Assembly: GCA_023389575.1 (NCBI GenBank)
Contig: JAEWEG010000054.1
Coordinates: 728 to 64,727 of the forward strand
DNA: 64,000 nucleotides
Reading direction: 5' to 3'
DNA from: Chloroflexota bacterium
Lineage (GTDB): Bacteria > Chloroflexota > Chloroflexia > Thermomicrobiales > UBA6265
Shown here one piece after another: positions 18,786 through 28,140 of this stretch (position 1 is the stretch's first letter; every line of letters begins with the position of its first letter). The notes under the pieces are model-generated. The model did no database searches and was not told the origin of the DNA. It worked only from the letters and a program-made list of their open reading frames with translations. Made by a program: the position numbers and the translations under genes.

Positions 18786-19820
18786 ATGGCATCTGGGGGA
18801 TCAGCGTCCGCTGGCATGACTCGTCGTGCCGCGGCGCGGGCCGGCGGGGTGGGGATCGGGGCACTCTCGCTCGCCGCCGTGACGCGGCTGGCACGCGCCC
18901 ACGGGGATCATGAGGCCCCAGCGACGCCGGGAGAGATTCCGCCACCGCCGCCCGCCACGCCGACCCCCGCCTGGCAGGAGCAGATGGACGCTTTTGGGGC
19001 CGCCGGCGACTTCACGGTGACGCAAATCAACGACGCCGAGGGTGTGACCGAGAGCGTGTTGCTGGAGATACCGCCGATCGAATTCACCGGCGAGGGGACG
19101 TCCTCGACGTTGCCGGTGGGACCGTTGCAGTACATCTACCGGTTCAAGGATTCGCCGGTGGAAGCGCCTGACGGATCGCAATTGCCGTTCCAGTATGTGG
19201 AGGTCGATTGGAACACCGAAGGAGCCCCGCGTGGCCCGAACGGGTCGTTCGCCTCGCCGCATTTCGACTTCCACTTCTACATGTGGCCCCAGGAGCAGGT
19301 GGAGGGCGAGCTCACCTGTGTGTCGACGAACGGCAAGACCTGCGATGAGTTCCTGACGGACTACACGCAGATGCAGCAGTTCCAGTAAATGCCGGAGTCG
19401 CGGTACATCCCGGACGGGTACCGGCCGGACTACACGCAGATGCAGCAGTTCCAGTACATGCCGGAGTCGCGGTACATCCCGGACGGGTACCGGCCGGACG
19501 TGGATTCGGCGATTCCGGCGATGGGCCTTCACCTGCTGGACATGACGCAGGTGTACAGCGTGGAGGCGGTGAATCACTATCCGGTGCTGATCTATGGCAC
19601 GTTCGGGGGAACGGTGATGTTCGCCGAGGCATCGGTGACGCTGTTCACGCTGCAGGACGCGATGGTGGCCGAGGGGAACCGGCTCTCGTTTCCGTTCCGG
19701 CAGCCGGAGGCGTTCCAGCAGGATATCGACTGGCCGACGGAGTTCGTGATCGAGTACCTGCCAGACACGGGCGGGTTCATGGTGGGGTTCGAAGGGTTCA
19801 ATCGCCACAAGGCGAGTTGA
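18786..19820 (+). pseudogene. Tat-signal secreted protein of unknown function, split by an in-frame TAA inside a 69-bp tandem duplication
   Basis: ORFs 18786..19388 and 19389..19820 are in the same frame, separated only by TAA at 19386-19388. The signal is MTRRAAARAGGVGIGALSLAA. The stop sits in copy 1 of the duplication, where copy 2 has TAC. Confidence 0.7.
19359..19496 (+). repeat. Perfect 2 x 69-bp tandem duplication with a single mismatch (19388 A versus 19457 C)
   Basis: I read both copies base by base. Copy 1 is gactacacgcagatgcagcagttccagtaaatgccggagtcgcggtacatcccggacgggtaccggccg. Copy 2 is identical except that taa is tac. Confidence 0.95.
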
Positions 19821-19854
19821 ACAGGGGCGGCACGACGCTCCAACGAATAAACGA

Positions 19855-19890
19855 GAACGGAGCCGGTGTCCTAGGACGCCGGCTCCGTTC
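19855..19890. terminator. Bidirectional hairpin terminator between convergent genes
   Basis: gaacggagccgg-tgtcctaggacg-ccggctccgttc forms a 12-bp perfect stem. TTC follows on the plus strand. Confidence 0.65.
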
Positions 19891-19907
19891 TTCGTGCTGG
19901 AGAGGGT

Positions 19908-20474
19908 TTATTCGGCGAGCATGCCGTAGATCTTGCGGCGGGCTTCGTTCAGGAGTTCCGCGGCGCGGAGGCGCTGCTCCTCGGTGCCGGATTCCGAGAG
20001 CTCGCGGGTGGCGCCCATGAGCTTGCGGAGACCCTGGTGAAGTTGTTCCTGGCCGTCGGTGAGGGCGCGGCCGTTCTCCCAGACGCGCTCGACGCGCTCC
20101 TTGTTCTCGACGAGGAATTCGCGGCCCTGGTCGGTGATGGTGTACCCGGCCTGCTCGTCGCCTTCGCCCTCGCTGGCGATCAGCCCCTCCTCGGCGAGTT
20201 GCCGGAGAACGGGGTAGATGGAGCCGGGGCTGGGGCGCCAGCGGCCAGAGGTGCGATCGGTGATCTGACCGATGAGGCTGTAGCCGTTGGCCGGAGCCTG
20301 GCCAAGAATGGCGAGAATGGCCAGCCGGACATCGCCCCGGCGGGCGCGGGGGCCGCCCCGGCGCATGCCGGAGAGGCGGGGATCGAGGCCGTGGCGGTGT
20401 TCGCCGTGGCGGAAGCGGAAGTCGGAGCCGCGCTGGCGGCCGTGGTCACGAATGCATCCTTGTGGAGTTCGCAT
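19908..20474 (-). CDS. PadR-family transcriptional regulator
   Basis: The winged-helix block is LAILAILGQAPANGYSLIGQITDRTSGRWRPSPGSIYPVLRQLAEEGLI. AAAGGA precedes the ATG. Confidence 0.85.
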   Translation of the reverse strand: MRTPQGCIRDHGRQRGSDFRFRHGEHRHGLDPRLSGMRRGGPRARRGDVRLAILAILGQAPANGYSLIGQITDRTSGRWRPSPGSIYPVLRQLAEEGLIASEGEGDEQAGYTITDQGREFLVENKERVERVWENGRALTDGQEQLHQGLRKLMGATRELSESGTEEQRLRAAELLNEARRKIYGMLAE

Positions 20475-20518
20475 GGGTTGGTGTCCTTTCAGGTCGTATC
20501 GAATCCAGCCATGTCAGA

Positions 20519-20534
20519 ATATATCACGATATAT
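20519..20534. promoter_or_regulatory. Candidate PadR operator (7-2-7 AT-rich palindrome)
   Basis: ATATATC-AC-GATATAT lies 45 bp upstream of the PadR start, in the divergent intergenic region. Confidence 0.4.
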
Positions 20535-20898
20535 CGTTTGTCAATAGCGACTGTGTTCATGGCCGCGGAGTGTAAGCGACGAGGTGGCATGGGGTCCGAC
20601 CCTGAGAGGAGGTTCGTTCTGACAATGGATCGCGATGGGGTGGTGCGTGTATGGGACACCGCCTGACGGCGGCAGGACTTTGTCCATGGATTCATCGGCT
20701 TCGCCTCTGAATGACGGACCTGGTTTGACGTGTCGGAGGTGGGAGATCGGCGGGCGTGCGCATGGCGGACAATCACGCGCTCGCCTGGGGCTCTCCGGAT
20801 TGTTCCTCCAGGAGACCGGGCTGGTTGACTTCGCGGGGGTGGGGCGGCAGTGTGGGGTGAGCGTTGTTGTCCCAATGGTTATCTAGGAGTGGAAGCTC

Positions 20899-21789
20899 AT
20901 GGCCACGATCGAGCCGATTGTCACGTCGACCACGGTGAAGGTGCCGCCTGGTGTCGCCTTTGAGATCTTCGTGGAGGAGGTCAATCGGTGGTGGAAGCCG
21001 GGACCGTATTTCTGGAACGACCCGGATCGGGCGATCGACATTCGGTTCGAGCGGGGCGTGAATGGCCGATGGATTGAGTGCTACGACCTGCTTGGCGACG
21101 ACGTGTTCGTGATGGGTGAGATAACCGGCTGGATCCCTGGCGAGTCGATCGCCATGACGTACCGGACGGTCTCGCTGGGGGAGTTCGGGTATCCGGTGGA
21201 GATCGGCTTCGCAGGGGCGGGCGACGGAACATTGGTGACCCTGCGCCATGGTGGTTGGGAACAACTGGGCGACGAGGCCGTGGAGAGCCGCGACCGGTAT
21301 GCCCGAGGATGGGATTCGGTGCTGGGATGGTTCCAGAACTGGGCAGACTGGGGGTCGCCACGACGGCTCGGTGACCGGCTTCCCGCGGTGAAGGGCTACG
21401 TGCTGCAACCGGGCGAGGGAGTGGGTGAGGATGGACCGATGAAGGCGTCCAGGAGATCGACCGGAGGGAGCCTGTCCATCACCGAGTCGGTGACGGTGGG
21501 TGGCGCGCCGGCCCACACGCACCGGCACGACGATGAGGTGTTCTACGTGCTGGACGGGGTGTTGAAGGTCACGCTCGATGGGGTGGAGCATACCGTTCCA
21601 GCGGGTGGGACGGCGTACATTCCGCGCGGGGCGGTCCATGCCTGGGATACGGAAGGCGAGGCGCGGTTGCTGATCATCACCGCGCCGGGCGGCCTGGAGG
21701 AGTTCCTGGCCCAGCTGCACACCTGGCCGGAGGGGTATGCGGACGGCTGGCGGGTTCTGGGTGAGCGGTACGGGTACTCGCTGGTGTAG
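20899..21789 (+). CDS. Fusion protein: N-terminal SRPBCC (AHSA1-like) domain plus C-terminal cupin domain
   Basis: The N-terminal half is VKVPPGVAFEIFVEEVNRWW...GGWEQLG...GWDSVLGWF. The C-terminal half HTHRHDDEVFYVLDG...IPRGAVHAW is a cupin. Confidence 0.7.
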   Translation: MATIEPIVTSTTVKVPPGVAFEIFVEEVNRWWKPGPYFWNDPDRAIDIRFERGVNGRWIECYDLLGDDVFVMGEITGWIPGESIAMTYRTVSLGEFGYPVEIGFAGAGDGTLVTLRHGGWEQLGDEAVESRDRYARGWDSVLGWFQNWADWGSPRRLGDRLPAVKGYVLQPGEGVGEDGPMKASRRSTGGSLSITESVTVGGAPAHTHRHDDEVFYVLDGVLKVTLDGVEHTVPAGGTAYIPRGAVHAWDTEGEARLLIITAPGGLEEFLAQLHTWPEGYADGWRVLGERYGYSLV

Positions 21790-21861
21790 GTGGCGATTGT
21801 GATGCGGGGCAGTCCGGACTATCGCCTGGAAACCATACAATGGAGGTATGGAGGATTTCCG

Positions 21862-22071
21862 ATGCATCAGTGGCCCCCGCGAGATTCGAACGAGTGGACG
21901 ATCGAGGAAGCCGAGCAACACTTCGATGAGGTGTTCGATCGGGCGTTTCAGGACGGACCGCAATTGCTGATCGACGATGGCGTGCCCGTGGCGTACCTGG
22001 TGTCGAAGGACGACTGGCGTCGAAAGCAGGCTGGGCGGCCGCTGGCGCATGAGGAACAGGAGGCCGGGTGA
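21862..22071 (+). CDS. Phd/YefM-like antitoxin-domain protein (paralogue of the next gene's N-terminal half, lacks the toxin-binding tail)
   Basis: GGAGGA lies 7 nt before the ATG. EWTIEEAEQHFDEVFDRAFQDGPQLLIDD..AYLVSKDDW parallels EWTVEEARRHLRALVGEAKQVGPLLVERP..ALVVPLNDW in the next gene. Its stop overlaps the next start (GTGA). Confidence 0.55.
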   Translation: MHQWPPRDSNEWTIEEAEQHFDEVFDRAFQDGPQLLIDDGVPVAYLVSKDDWRRKQAGRPLAHEEQEAG

Positions 22072-22411
22072 TGGCTGTCCGGAAACCTAAGGAATGGACG
22101 GTGGAGGAAGCGCGGCGTCACCTGCGCGCGCTGGTTGGAGAAGCGAAGCAGGTTGGCCCGCTCCTGGTCGAGCGGCCGGACGATCGGGAAGCTCTGGTTG
22201 TTCCGCTGAATGACTGGGCAACGGGAGACCAGAAGGTGGAAGCCTGGCCGATCTGTTCCTGAACTCGCCTTTGAGAGGCTCGGACATCGACCTGGAGCGG
22301 GATGCGATGTCGATTGAGGACTTCGATCAGTGGATAGAGGACCGGGGCACGCTCGATGATCTGGAGCGGCGGGCCGATACGCCGCGGAAAGCGCGTGGGA
22401 GCCGGGATTGA
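22068..22411 (+). pseudogene. vapB: VapB-type (Phd-fold) antitoxin, frameshifted
   Basis: The N-terminal domain runs in one frame and stops at 22260-22262. The typical C-terminal tail SLADLFLNSPLRGSDIDLERD... continues in another frame, open from 22214 to the TGA at 22409-22411. Confidence 0.6.
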
Positions 22412-22851
22412 ATTTCCTGCTCGACACGAACGTCGTTTCGGAGTTCCGGCGTCAGGTTCCAGAGCAAGGTGTCGTGGACTTTCTGGCGACGGTCGATCCT
22501 TTCACCGTGCACATGAGCGTGGTGACCATCATGGAGTTGCACAAGGGAATCGCCATGCTTCCCAAGGGCAGGCGCCGCGCGGATCTTGAAGCCTGGCTCA
22601 CTCTCACGTTGATACCGTCGTTCGACGACCGAATCTTGGGGATCGACCAGGCAACGGCGGCGATGTGTTGAAGATTGCTGGGTGAGCGTCACCTGGGGTC
22701 GACGATTCGACGCCTCATGGATTTCTGGCTGGCGGCAACCGCCTTGCGACACGACCTGACGCTTGTGACACGAAACGAGCGGGACTTTCGGGATTTTGGA
22801 GTCGTCGTTCTCAATCCCTGGCGAACGGCGGAAGCGAGTGAGCGGTCATGA
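22408..22851 (+). pseudogene. vapC: VapC PIN-domain toxin with in-frame TGA at 22669-22671
   Basis: The gene starts (TTG)NFLLDTNVVSEF and reads through ...DQATAAMC*RLLGE. It continues in the same frame to ...MDFWLAATALRHDLTLVTRNERDFRDFGVVVLNPW. The stop probably replaces a Trp codon (TGG). Confidence 0.65.
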
Positions 22852-23639
22852 TTGACGAGGCGTTCCGGGCGAGGTGGGTCGAGCGGCTGAGGACGGAGAT
22901 TCACGGAGCGCTGGCGGTGATCCTGAAAGGGAGTCATGTGCGGGGGAACGACGGGCCGTTCAGTGACGTCGATTTCGATGTGCTGGTGGACGACACGGAG
23001 ATTGAGGACCCATACCCGGTGTGGATGGTGGAGCATGACGGGCGGCTGGTGCATGTATCGGTGGCGGTGGAACGGCTGAACGACTGGCTGGCGGGTTTCA
23101 AGGAAGAGGCAAGCTGGTCGTTCGGGTTTCCGTCGCGCGAGGTGACGCGCTTGCTGTGGGTGGCGCGGCAATCACTGGCGGCGGAACTGGATCGGCCGTG
23201 GCGGGAGCATCCGGCGGCGGAGCCGGAGCTGGAGGACTTCATCGAGGAACTGGGCAAGGCCCGGAACGCGGCCGCGCGGGGCGACGAGCTACCCATGCGG
23301 CTGGCGGTTCAGGAGATCGCTGAGCTGGCGCCGACATTGCTGGCGCCGTTGAACGAGCCGCGGTTTCCGTGCACACGACCGGAGGCGATCGCGATGGCGC
23401 TCGACCTGGAGACGGTTCCAGATTGCTATAGGGAGGACATGCTCGACTGCCTGGGCCTCAGCGGGCGGGCGATGACGGCCGATGAGACGCTGGCGGCGGG
23501 AGAGCGGCTGGTGATGGGGACGCTGGCGCTGGTGGAGGCCAACGTCGAGGTGTTCGAGCCGCTGGTGAAACCCAGGTTGCTGGGGTTGGTCCGGGACGGG
23601 ACCATGCGGCGCTATCTGGAGCAGGGCATCCCCAGTTGA
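22848..23639 (+). CDS. Nucleotidyltransferase-domain protein (Pol-beta superfamily)
   Basis: The motif GSHVRGNDGPFSDVDFDVLV matches G-S-x(n)-D-x-D. A helical C-terminal half follows. The ATG overlaps the vapC stop (ATGA). Confidence 0.7.
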   Translation: MIDEAFRARWVERLRTEIHGALAVILKGSHVRGNDGPFSDVDFDVLVDDTEIEDPYPVWMVEHDGRLVHVSVAVERLNDWLAGFKEEASWSFGFPSREVTRLLWVARQSLAAELDRPWREHPAAEPELEDFIEELGKARNAAARGDELPMRLAVQEIAELAPTLLAPLNEPRFPCTRPEAIAMALDLETVPDCYREDMLDCLGLSGRAMTADETLAAGERLVMGTLALVEANVEVFEPLVKPRLLGLVRDGTMRRYLEQGIPS

Positions 23640-23687
23640 GGAGAACGGGCCCGGACGTTTTTGGGCCCGTTCGGCGCGGGTGAACGG

Positions 23688-25418
23688 TCACCCCAGTCGG
23701 ATGTCGAGCGTGGCGGTACCGGCTTTCGGGGTGGCGGCGGTGACGGTGACCGTGGACCCGGCGACCGTGGACCCGGCTGGCTGGCGGACGATCCATTCCG
23801 CCTTCGCGCGGTTCAACATGGGCGAGACATCGCGCCACAGCAACTGCCCGTGAATGGATGAGCGGCCGTCCAGGTGGCCGATTTCCACCTCCGGCTCGCC
23901 GGAGATGAGCTCGCCACCCTCACCCAGGTCGATGGTGACCTTGACGGGTTTGGCAACTCCGGATCTTCGGCCCATGTCGGTGACGAAGGTGGGCAGGAAG
24001 CCGCTGTTGTGGACCGCCAGCGATACCTTGTGGATATCGCTTCCGAGCGACTCGACATTCACGTCGCGGATTTCGAGGAGGGGAGCGGTCTGGGCGGCGC
24101 GGAGGACGAACCGGGCGTTGGGGGCGGTGACCTCCTCCAGCATGGAGCCGGGCGGGTTGGTGGTGGTGAAGGTGCTCTCCCAGCCGCCGATTTCGACCGG
24201 TCCCAGTTGCGGGTGCTCGAACGGCGTCCAGTCTCGGAACCCCTCGCCCTCCACCTCGCGGTCGAGTACGGCGAGCATCGCGGCGTCATGTCCCTCGGGA
24301 CGGTCCTTGAAGAAGCCAATGAAATCGGTGACTTCTATTCCCGCCTTCTTCGGTAGCGACCAGAGTTCGGTGGAGAAGGCGATCAGGCCGAGTTGTTCGT
24401 AGACCCAGTCGAGCAGGCCGCCCTTCATCGCCTGTTTCCGGTCATAGGCGAAGTCGTCGTAAATGCCGATGCAGGGATAGCCGGTTTCTTCCTCGCCCAG
24501 CTTGCCGATGGCGATGTAGTTGTTGCGATCGGTGGCGGGCATGTCGCTGGTTGGGTGGGCCGTCGGCGGACGGAGGATGACGGCGGACCAGGTGTGGAAA
24601 TGCTGCGAGCCGTGGATGTTGGGGTGGGCGATCAGGAAATCGGCCAGGGCGCGGGTTTCAGGCTCGGAGAGGGGGTAGGCGCCGGCGCCGTCCTGGACCC
24701 AGTGTGGCGCCCAGTCGGCCGGGAAGTTGCGATTGGCGTCGAGGCCGTGGAGAGTGGGCGCGATGGGGACGCGCACGCCGTCCCAGTTCTGGATTTCGCC
24801 CTCGGGGAGGACGAAGTAGAAGTCGCCGTCGAAATCGTCGGGGCCGCGGCGGGTCATGACACGGGGATCGAGCGTCGAGGCTTTCCAGGGACCGGCGGGG
24901 TCCTTGATCCGCATCGAGAGGATGGTGCCGTCGCCGTCAATGTCCTTCTCCACGAGGCCGTCCTGCTGCTCGACGTGGGGGAATGGGCGGAGCGAGGAAC
25001 GGATGAAACCGTTGGGGACCTCGGAGAGGCTGAGGTCCATGCCATCGACGTTGATGGCGGGCACCAGGTAGAAGGTGGTGTGGGTCAGCAGGCGCTGGAT
25101 GGCGGGGTCGTGCAGGCTGGTGAGCAGGTGGTTGACCAGCCAGAGCACGGTGGCGACTCCGGTGACCTCGTCGGCGTGGATGTTGGCGTCGACGAAGTAG
25201 GCGGGCTTCGATTCTGGCGAGCCGGTGGCGCGGTCGGTGATGGTGAGCAACCAGATGTCGCGGCCTTCCAGCGACTGGCCGATGCTCTCGATGGAGACGA
25301 GGTTCGGATGCTCGGCGGCCCAGCGGTGGAGGAGGTCGGTGAGTTCGGCGTATCGGTAATAGCGGTCGGGACGGTAGTCGCTGGATTCGGCGACCCACTT
25401 GCCGGGCGTGATGGGCAT
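23688..25418 (-). CDS. M14-family zinc carboxypeptidase
   Basis: YYRYAELTDLLHRWAAEHPNLVSIESIGQSLEGRDIWLLTI and ANIHADE (the HxxE zinc ligands) are present. The ORF is 576 aa. Confidence 0.8.
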   Translation of the reverse strand: MPITPGKWVAESSDYRPDRYYRYAELTDLLHRWAAEHPNLVSIESIGQSLEGRDIWLLTITDRATGSPESKPAYFVDANIHADEVTGVATVLWLVNHLLTSLHDPAIQRLLTHTTFYLVPAINVDGMDLSLSEVPNGFIRSSLRPFPHVEQQDGLVEKDIDGDGTILSMRIKDPAGPWKASTLDPRVMTRRGPDDFDGDFYFVLPEGEIQNWDGVRVPIAPTLHGLDANRNFPADWAPHWVQDGAGAYPLSEPETRALADFLIAHPNIHGSQHFHTWSAVILRPPTAHPTSDMPATDRNNYIAIGKLGEEETGYPCIGIYDDFAYDRKQAMKGGLLDWVYEQLGLIAFSTELWSLPKKAGIEVTDFIGFFKDRPEGHDAAMLAVLDREVEGEGFRDWTPFEHPQLGPVEIGGWESTFTTTNPPGSMLEEVTAPNARFVLRAAQTAPLLEIRDVNVESLGSDIHKVSLAVHNSGFLPTFVTDMGRRSGVAKPVKVTIDLGEGGELISGEPEVEIGHLDGRSSIHGQLLWRDVSPMLNRAKAEWIVRQPAGSTVAGSTVTVTAATPKAGTATLDIRLG

Positions 25419-25433
25419 TCGCGAGAGACTCCT

Positions 25434-25468
25434 GTGGTGGCTGGTGGCTGGTGGCTGGTGGCTGGTGG
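25434..25468. repeat. Heptanucleotide microsatellite (TGGTGGC) x 5
   Basis: I counted five perfect tandem copies. The array lies 16-50 nt upstream of the M14 start codon and abuts its AGGAG. Confidence 0.95.
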
Positions 25469-25546
25469 CGGTGCGCGGGCGAGCGGCCTGGTTCCGTCAT
25501 GGTAGCCGGGATCGCGGGATTGCCAATACGCGGAAATGGTGAGCGA

Positions 25547-26182
25547 TCAGAGACGCTGGTACTCGGCGCACCAGCGGTAGAGGGGATTTTCGTCGGTGGG
25601 TGCGATCTGCTCGACCGCGATCTGTTTCAAGCCGTGCCTGGTGAACCGGTCGAGGTCGGCGCGAGTGAGCGGAAAGGGCGGCCCTTCGAACGGCACACCT
25701 TCGCCGTCGCGGCCATCGGCGATGGCGATGACGAGCAGGCGACCGCCGGGGGCGACGAGGCTGGCGACGCTGGCGATCGCTTCATTTCGGAAGTCGACCG
25801 GTAGCGCCTGGACATTCTGGCTCTCGACCACCAGGTCGAACGCGCTGGTCCATTCCGGCGGGAGGTCGAAGAGGTCGGCGACCTGGAAGTCGATGGCGGC
25901 CCGAGGATGGCGCCGATGGGCGATCTCGATGGCCGTGGGTGAGATATCGAAGGCGGTGACCTGGTAGCCGAGTTCCACGAGGGGCAGGGCATCTTCACCG
26001 GTGCCGCAGCCAATAACCATCGCCCGGCCGGGGTTCGTGCCGGGAGAATTGGCTGCGAGCCACTCGGTGAGGAGCGCGTTCGGGGCGTGGCGGTCCCAGG
26101 GGATGGTGCGCTCGCCGCGGGAGTCGGAGGCGTAGAGGTCGTCGTACCAGGCGGCGGCTTCGAGATGGGTTGTGGTCATCAT
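25547..26182 (-). CDS. Class I SAM-dependent methyltransferase
   Basis: VIGCGTGEDA is motif I, and AFDISPTAIE is also present. The start MMTTTHLE is preceded by AGGAGA. Confidence 0.75.
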   Translation of the reverse strand: MMTTTHLEAAAWYDDLYASDSRGERTIPWDRHAPNALLTEWLAANSPGTNPGRAMVIGCGTGEDALPLVELGYQVTAFDISPTAIEIAHRRHPRAAIDFQVADLFDLPPEWTSAFDLVVESQNVQALPVDFRNEAIASVASLVAPGGRLLVIAIADGRDGEGVPFEGPPFPLTRADLDRFTRHGLKQIAVEQIAPTDENPLYRWCAEYQRL

Positions 26183-26406
26183 GTCTCCTGGAGGTAGGCG
26201 CCAGCGATGTGGGCCGGCGCCGGGGGCAACGGATTTCCAGCATATCAGGCGCACCAGCCGGGGTTCGCCGCGATGGCCAGTCAATGAATGCGGACAGGAT
26301 TTCTCCCCCGGCGTGGCCATACTTGAGGGAATCGGTGGCGCCGGGTCGGGACTGGCGCGAATCGCGATACGCACAGGCGGTCAGCGGCCGCGGAAGGGAG
26401 TCAGTG

Positions 26407-26958
26407 ATGACAGGTGGGCAGTCGCGCGTGGCGATCAACGAACTGGTGACGCTGTTCGAACATGTTCTGGAGGAGACCGCCGATCAGTTCGGCTGGGATC
26501 ACTGGCATTCGATCCTGTGGAATCTGCACAACATGGAGCCCGAGCAGTGGACCCAGCTGCCTCCAGGTGGTGGCAGAACCATTCGGGAACTTGTCATTCA
26601 CCTCGGTGGGACGTTCCTGATGTACGAGAACCACGCCTTCGGCGACGGTTCGCGGGAATGGGGCGACCGGGTGGTCGATGGGGTTGGCCCGGGTGAGACT
26701 CCGGAGGAGACGGTCGCCTGGCTCAGGAAAGCGCACGCCGTGTTGCGCGACTCGGTGGCCAGACTGACCGACGACCAGCTTGGTGAGCCGAGAAAGGCGC
26801 CGTGGGGCGATGTCTACGAGACGCGCCGGATCCTGGAGTTGATGATCCAGCATCCGCTGTACCACACCGGCGAGATCAACCACATCCGGGCGGTGTTGCA
26901 GGGCAACGACGACTGGGATCACCAGGACATGGGGCGCGAGGAGCCGGGTCAGGCCTGA
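26407..26958 (+). CDS. DinB-family protein
   Basis: The four-helix DinB pattern is present, with HLGGTFLMYENH ... HPLYHTGEINHIRA. GGAAGGGAG precedes the GTG-ATG at 26404/26407. Confidence 0.7.
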   Translation: MTGGQSRVAINELVTLFEHVLEETADQFGWDHWHSILWNLHNMEPEQWTQLPPGGGRTIRELVIHLGGTFLMYENHAFGDGSREWGDRVVDGVGPGETPEETVAWLRKAHAVLRDSVARLTDDQLGEPRKAPWGDVYETRRILELMIQHPLYHTGEINHIRAVLQGNDDWDHQDMGREEPGQA

Positions 26959-27234
26959 TCTGGTGACTGGCGCGATGGGAAAGGCGGGGGCAGGACGTCA
27001 CGGATAGCGTGCTCGGCATCGCGGTGAGGATAGGTGGGGGAACGATCCGGCGGTGCGGGATTCGCGCTGGCGAGGGCGCTTCCGCCATGCATGGGTCCTT
27101 TGGGCGGTCGACCGATTCGCCGCCGTAGCCTATCGTTGCGGGCATGATGGCGTTTCTGATTCAACCGGGGTGCGGCGATGACGCGGCAGGCTTCCGGTCT
27201 GAATCGTTCCCTGTATGAACTGGAGAGTTCCCCA

Positions 27235-27720
27235 ATGAGTGTGCATGACTTCACCGTGGCGGCCGCCGATGGCGGGCAGGTTGATCTGTCGGGCTTCGCC
27301 GGCCAGGTGCTGCTGATCGTCAATACCGCCAGCAAGTGCGGAAATACCCCGCAGTACGAGGGGCTGGAGAAGTTGCAGCAGGAGTATGGGGACGAGAAGT
27401 TCACCGTCCTTGGGTTTCCGTGCAATCAGTTTGGCGGCCAGGAACCCGGCACCAACGAGGAGATCCAGCAGTTCTGTTCCCTGAACTACCAGGTGACCTT
27501 TCCGGTGCTGGCGAAGGTCGATGTCAACGGTGAGGACGCCGATCCGTTGTACAAGCACCTGAAGCAGGCAGCTCCCGGAGGGGAAGGCGGAGACATCGAG
27601 TGGAACTTCGCGAAGTTCCTGGTGGATGCCGACGGTGGCGTGGTGAAGCGCTACGATCCGAAGCAGCAGCCGGAGTCGATCGCGCCGGATATCCAGAAGC
27701 TGTTAGAGGATGCCGGATAG
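27235..27720 (+). CDS. gpx: Glutathione peroxidase (Cys type)
   Basis: LIVNTASKCGNTPQY, LGFPCNQFGGQEPG and WNFAKFLV are present. Confidence 0.9.
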   Translation: MSVHDFTVAAADGGQVDLSGFAGQVLLIVNTASKCGNTPQYEGLEKLQQEYGDEKFTVLGFPCNQFGGQEPGTNEEIQQFCSLNYQVTFPVLAKVDVNGEDADPLYKHLKQAAPGGEGGDIEWNFAKFLVDADGGVVKRYDPKQQPESIAPDIQKLLEDAG

Positions 27721-28001
27721 CTGGCGACTCATCGGTCAGCGTCGATGATGCATGGGCAGCACGCACTGGCCGGGATATCGCGTCCCATGGCCCGCAGTTT
27801 TTCCTGGTAGGGACGGATCCCCGGAACATTGTGGCGCGGCCAAATGCGACGGTATGGTGTCCGCCCTGCCTAAGGCTTCGATTAGGACGATGCCGGTCCG
27901 GCCGGGGCGGATGGATTCGCTTCGCTCACCTCAGGCTGCCGCTTGCGCTTCGAATGGGATCTTTCGCACTGAATCGCGGCCGGTCCGCCCGTACATTGCG
28001 T

Positions 28002-28041
28002 AGAGCGCGGCGTGGAAGGTTGGCCTTCCACGCCGCGCTCT
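28002..28041. terminator. 18-bp perfect GC-rich hairpin (putative bidirectional terminator)
   Basis: agagcgcggcgtggaagg-ttgg-ccttccacgccgcgctct. No U-tract follows. Confidence 0.4.
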
Positions 28042-28101
28042 GAACCGGCTACTGTCATCTCTGCATTGTGAGCTTCGCGGGCTCGGAGATTTGGTGATGG
28101 G

Positions 28102-28126
28102 AGGGCTGCCCAGTCAGGGCAGCCCT
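28102..28126 (-). terminator. Hairpin just downstream of the ARH-fold gene
   Basis: agggctgccc-agtca-gggcagccct lies 15 nt past the stop at 28141. Confidence 0.45.
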
Positions 28127-28140
28127 TTCGCGTGTGTGGG

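Noticed and set aside
20603-20644. 13-codon mini-ORF MDRDGVVRVWDTA with an upstream GAGAGGAGG. It resembles the end of a WD40 repeat.
   Set aside because: It is too short to support. No further WD40-like sequence is found in any frame around it.
27721-28001. 280-nt non-coding stretch after the glutathione peroxidase gene. A minus-strand reading ends ...PYQEKLRAMGRDIPASACCPCIIDADR*.
   Set aside because: The frame has no start codon after the upstream TAG and matches no family I can name. It may be a remnant but is not supportable.
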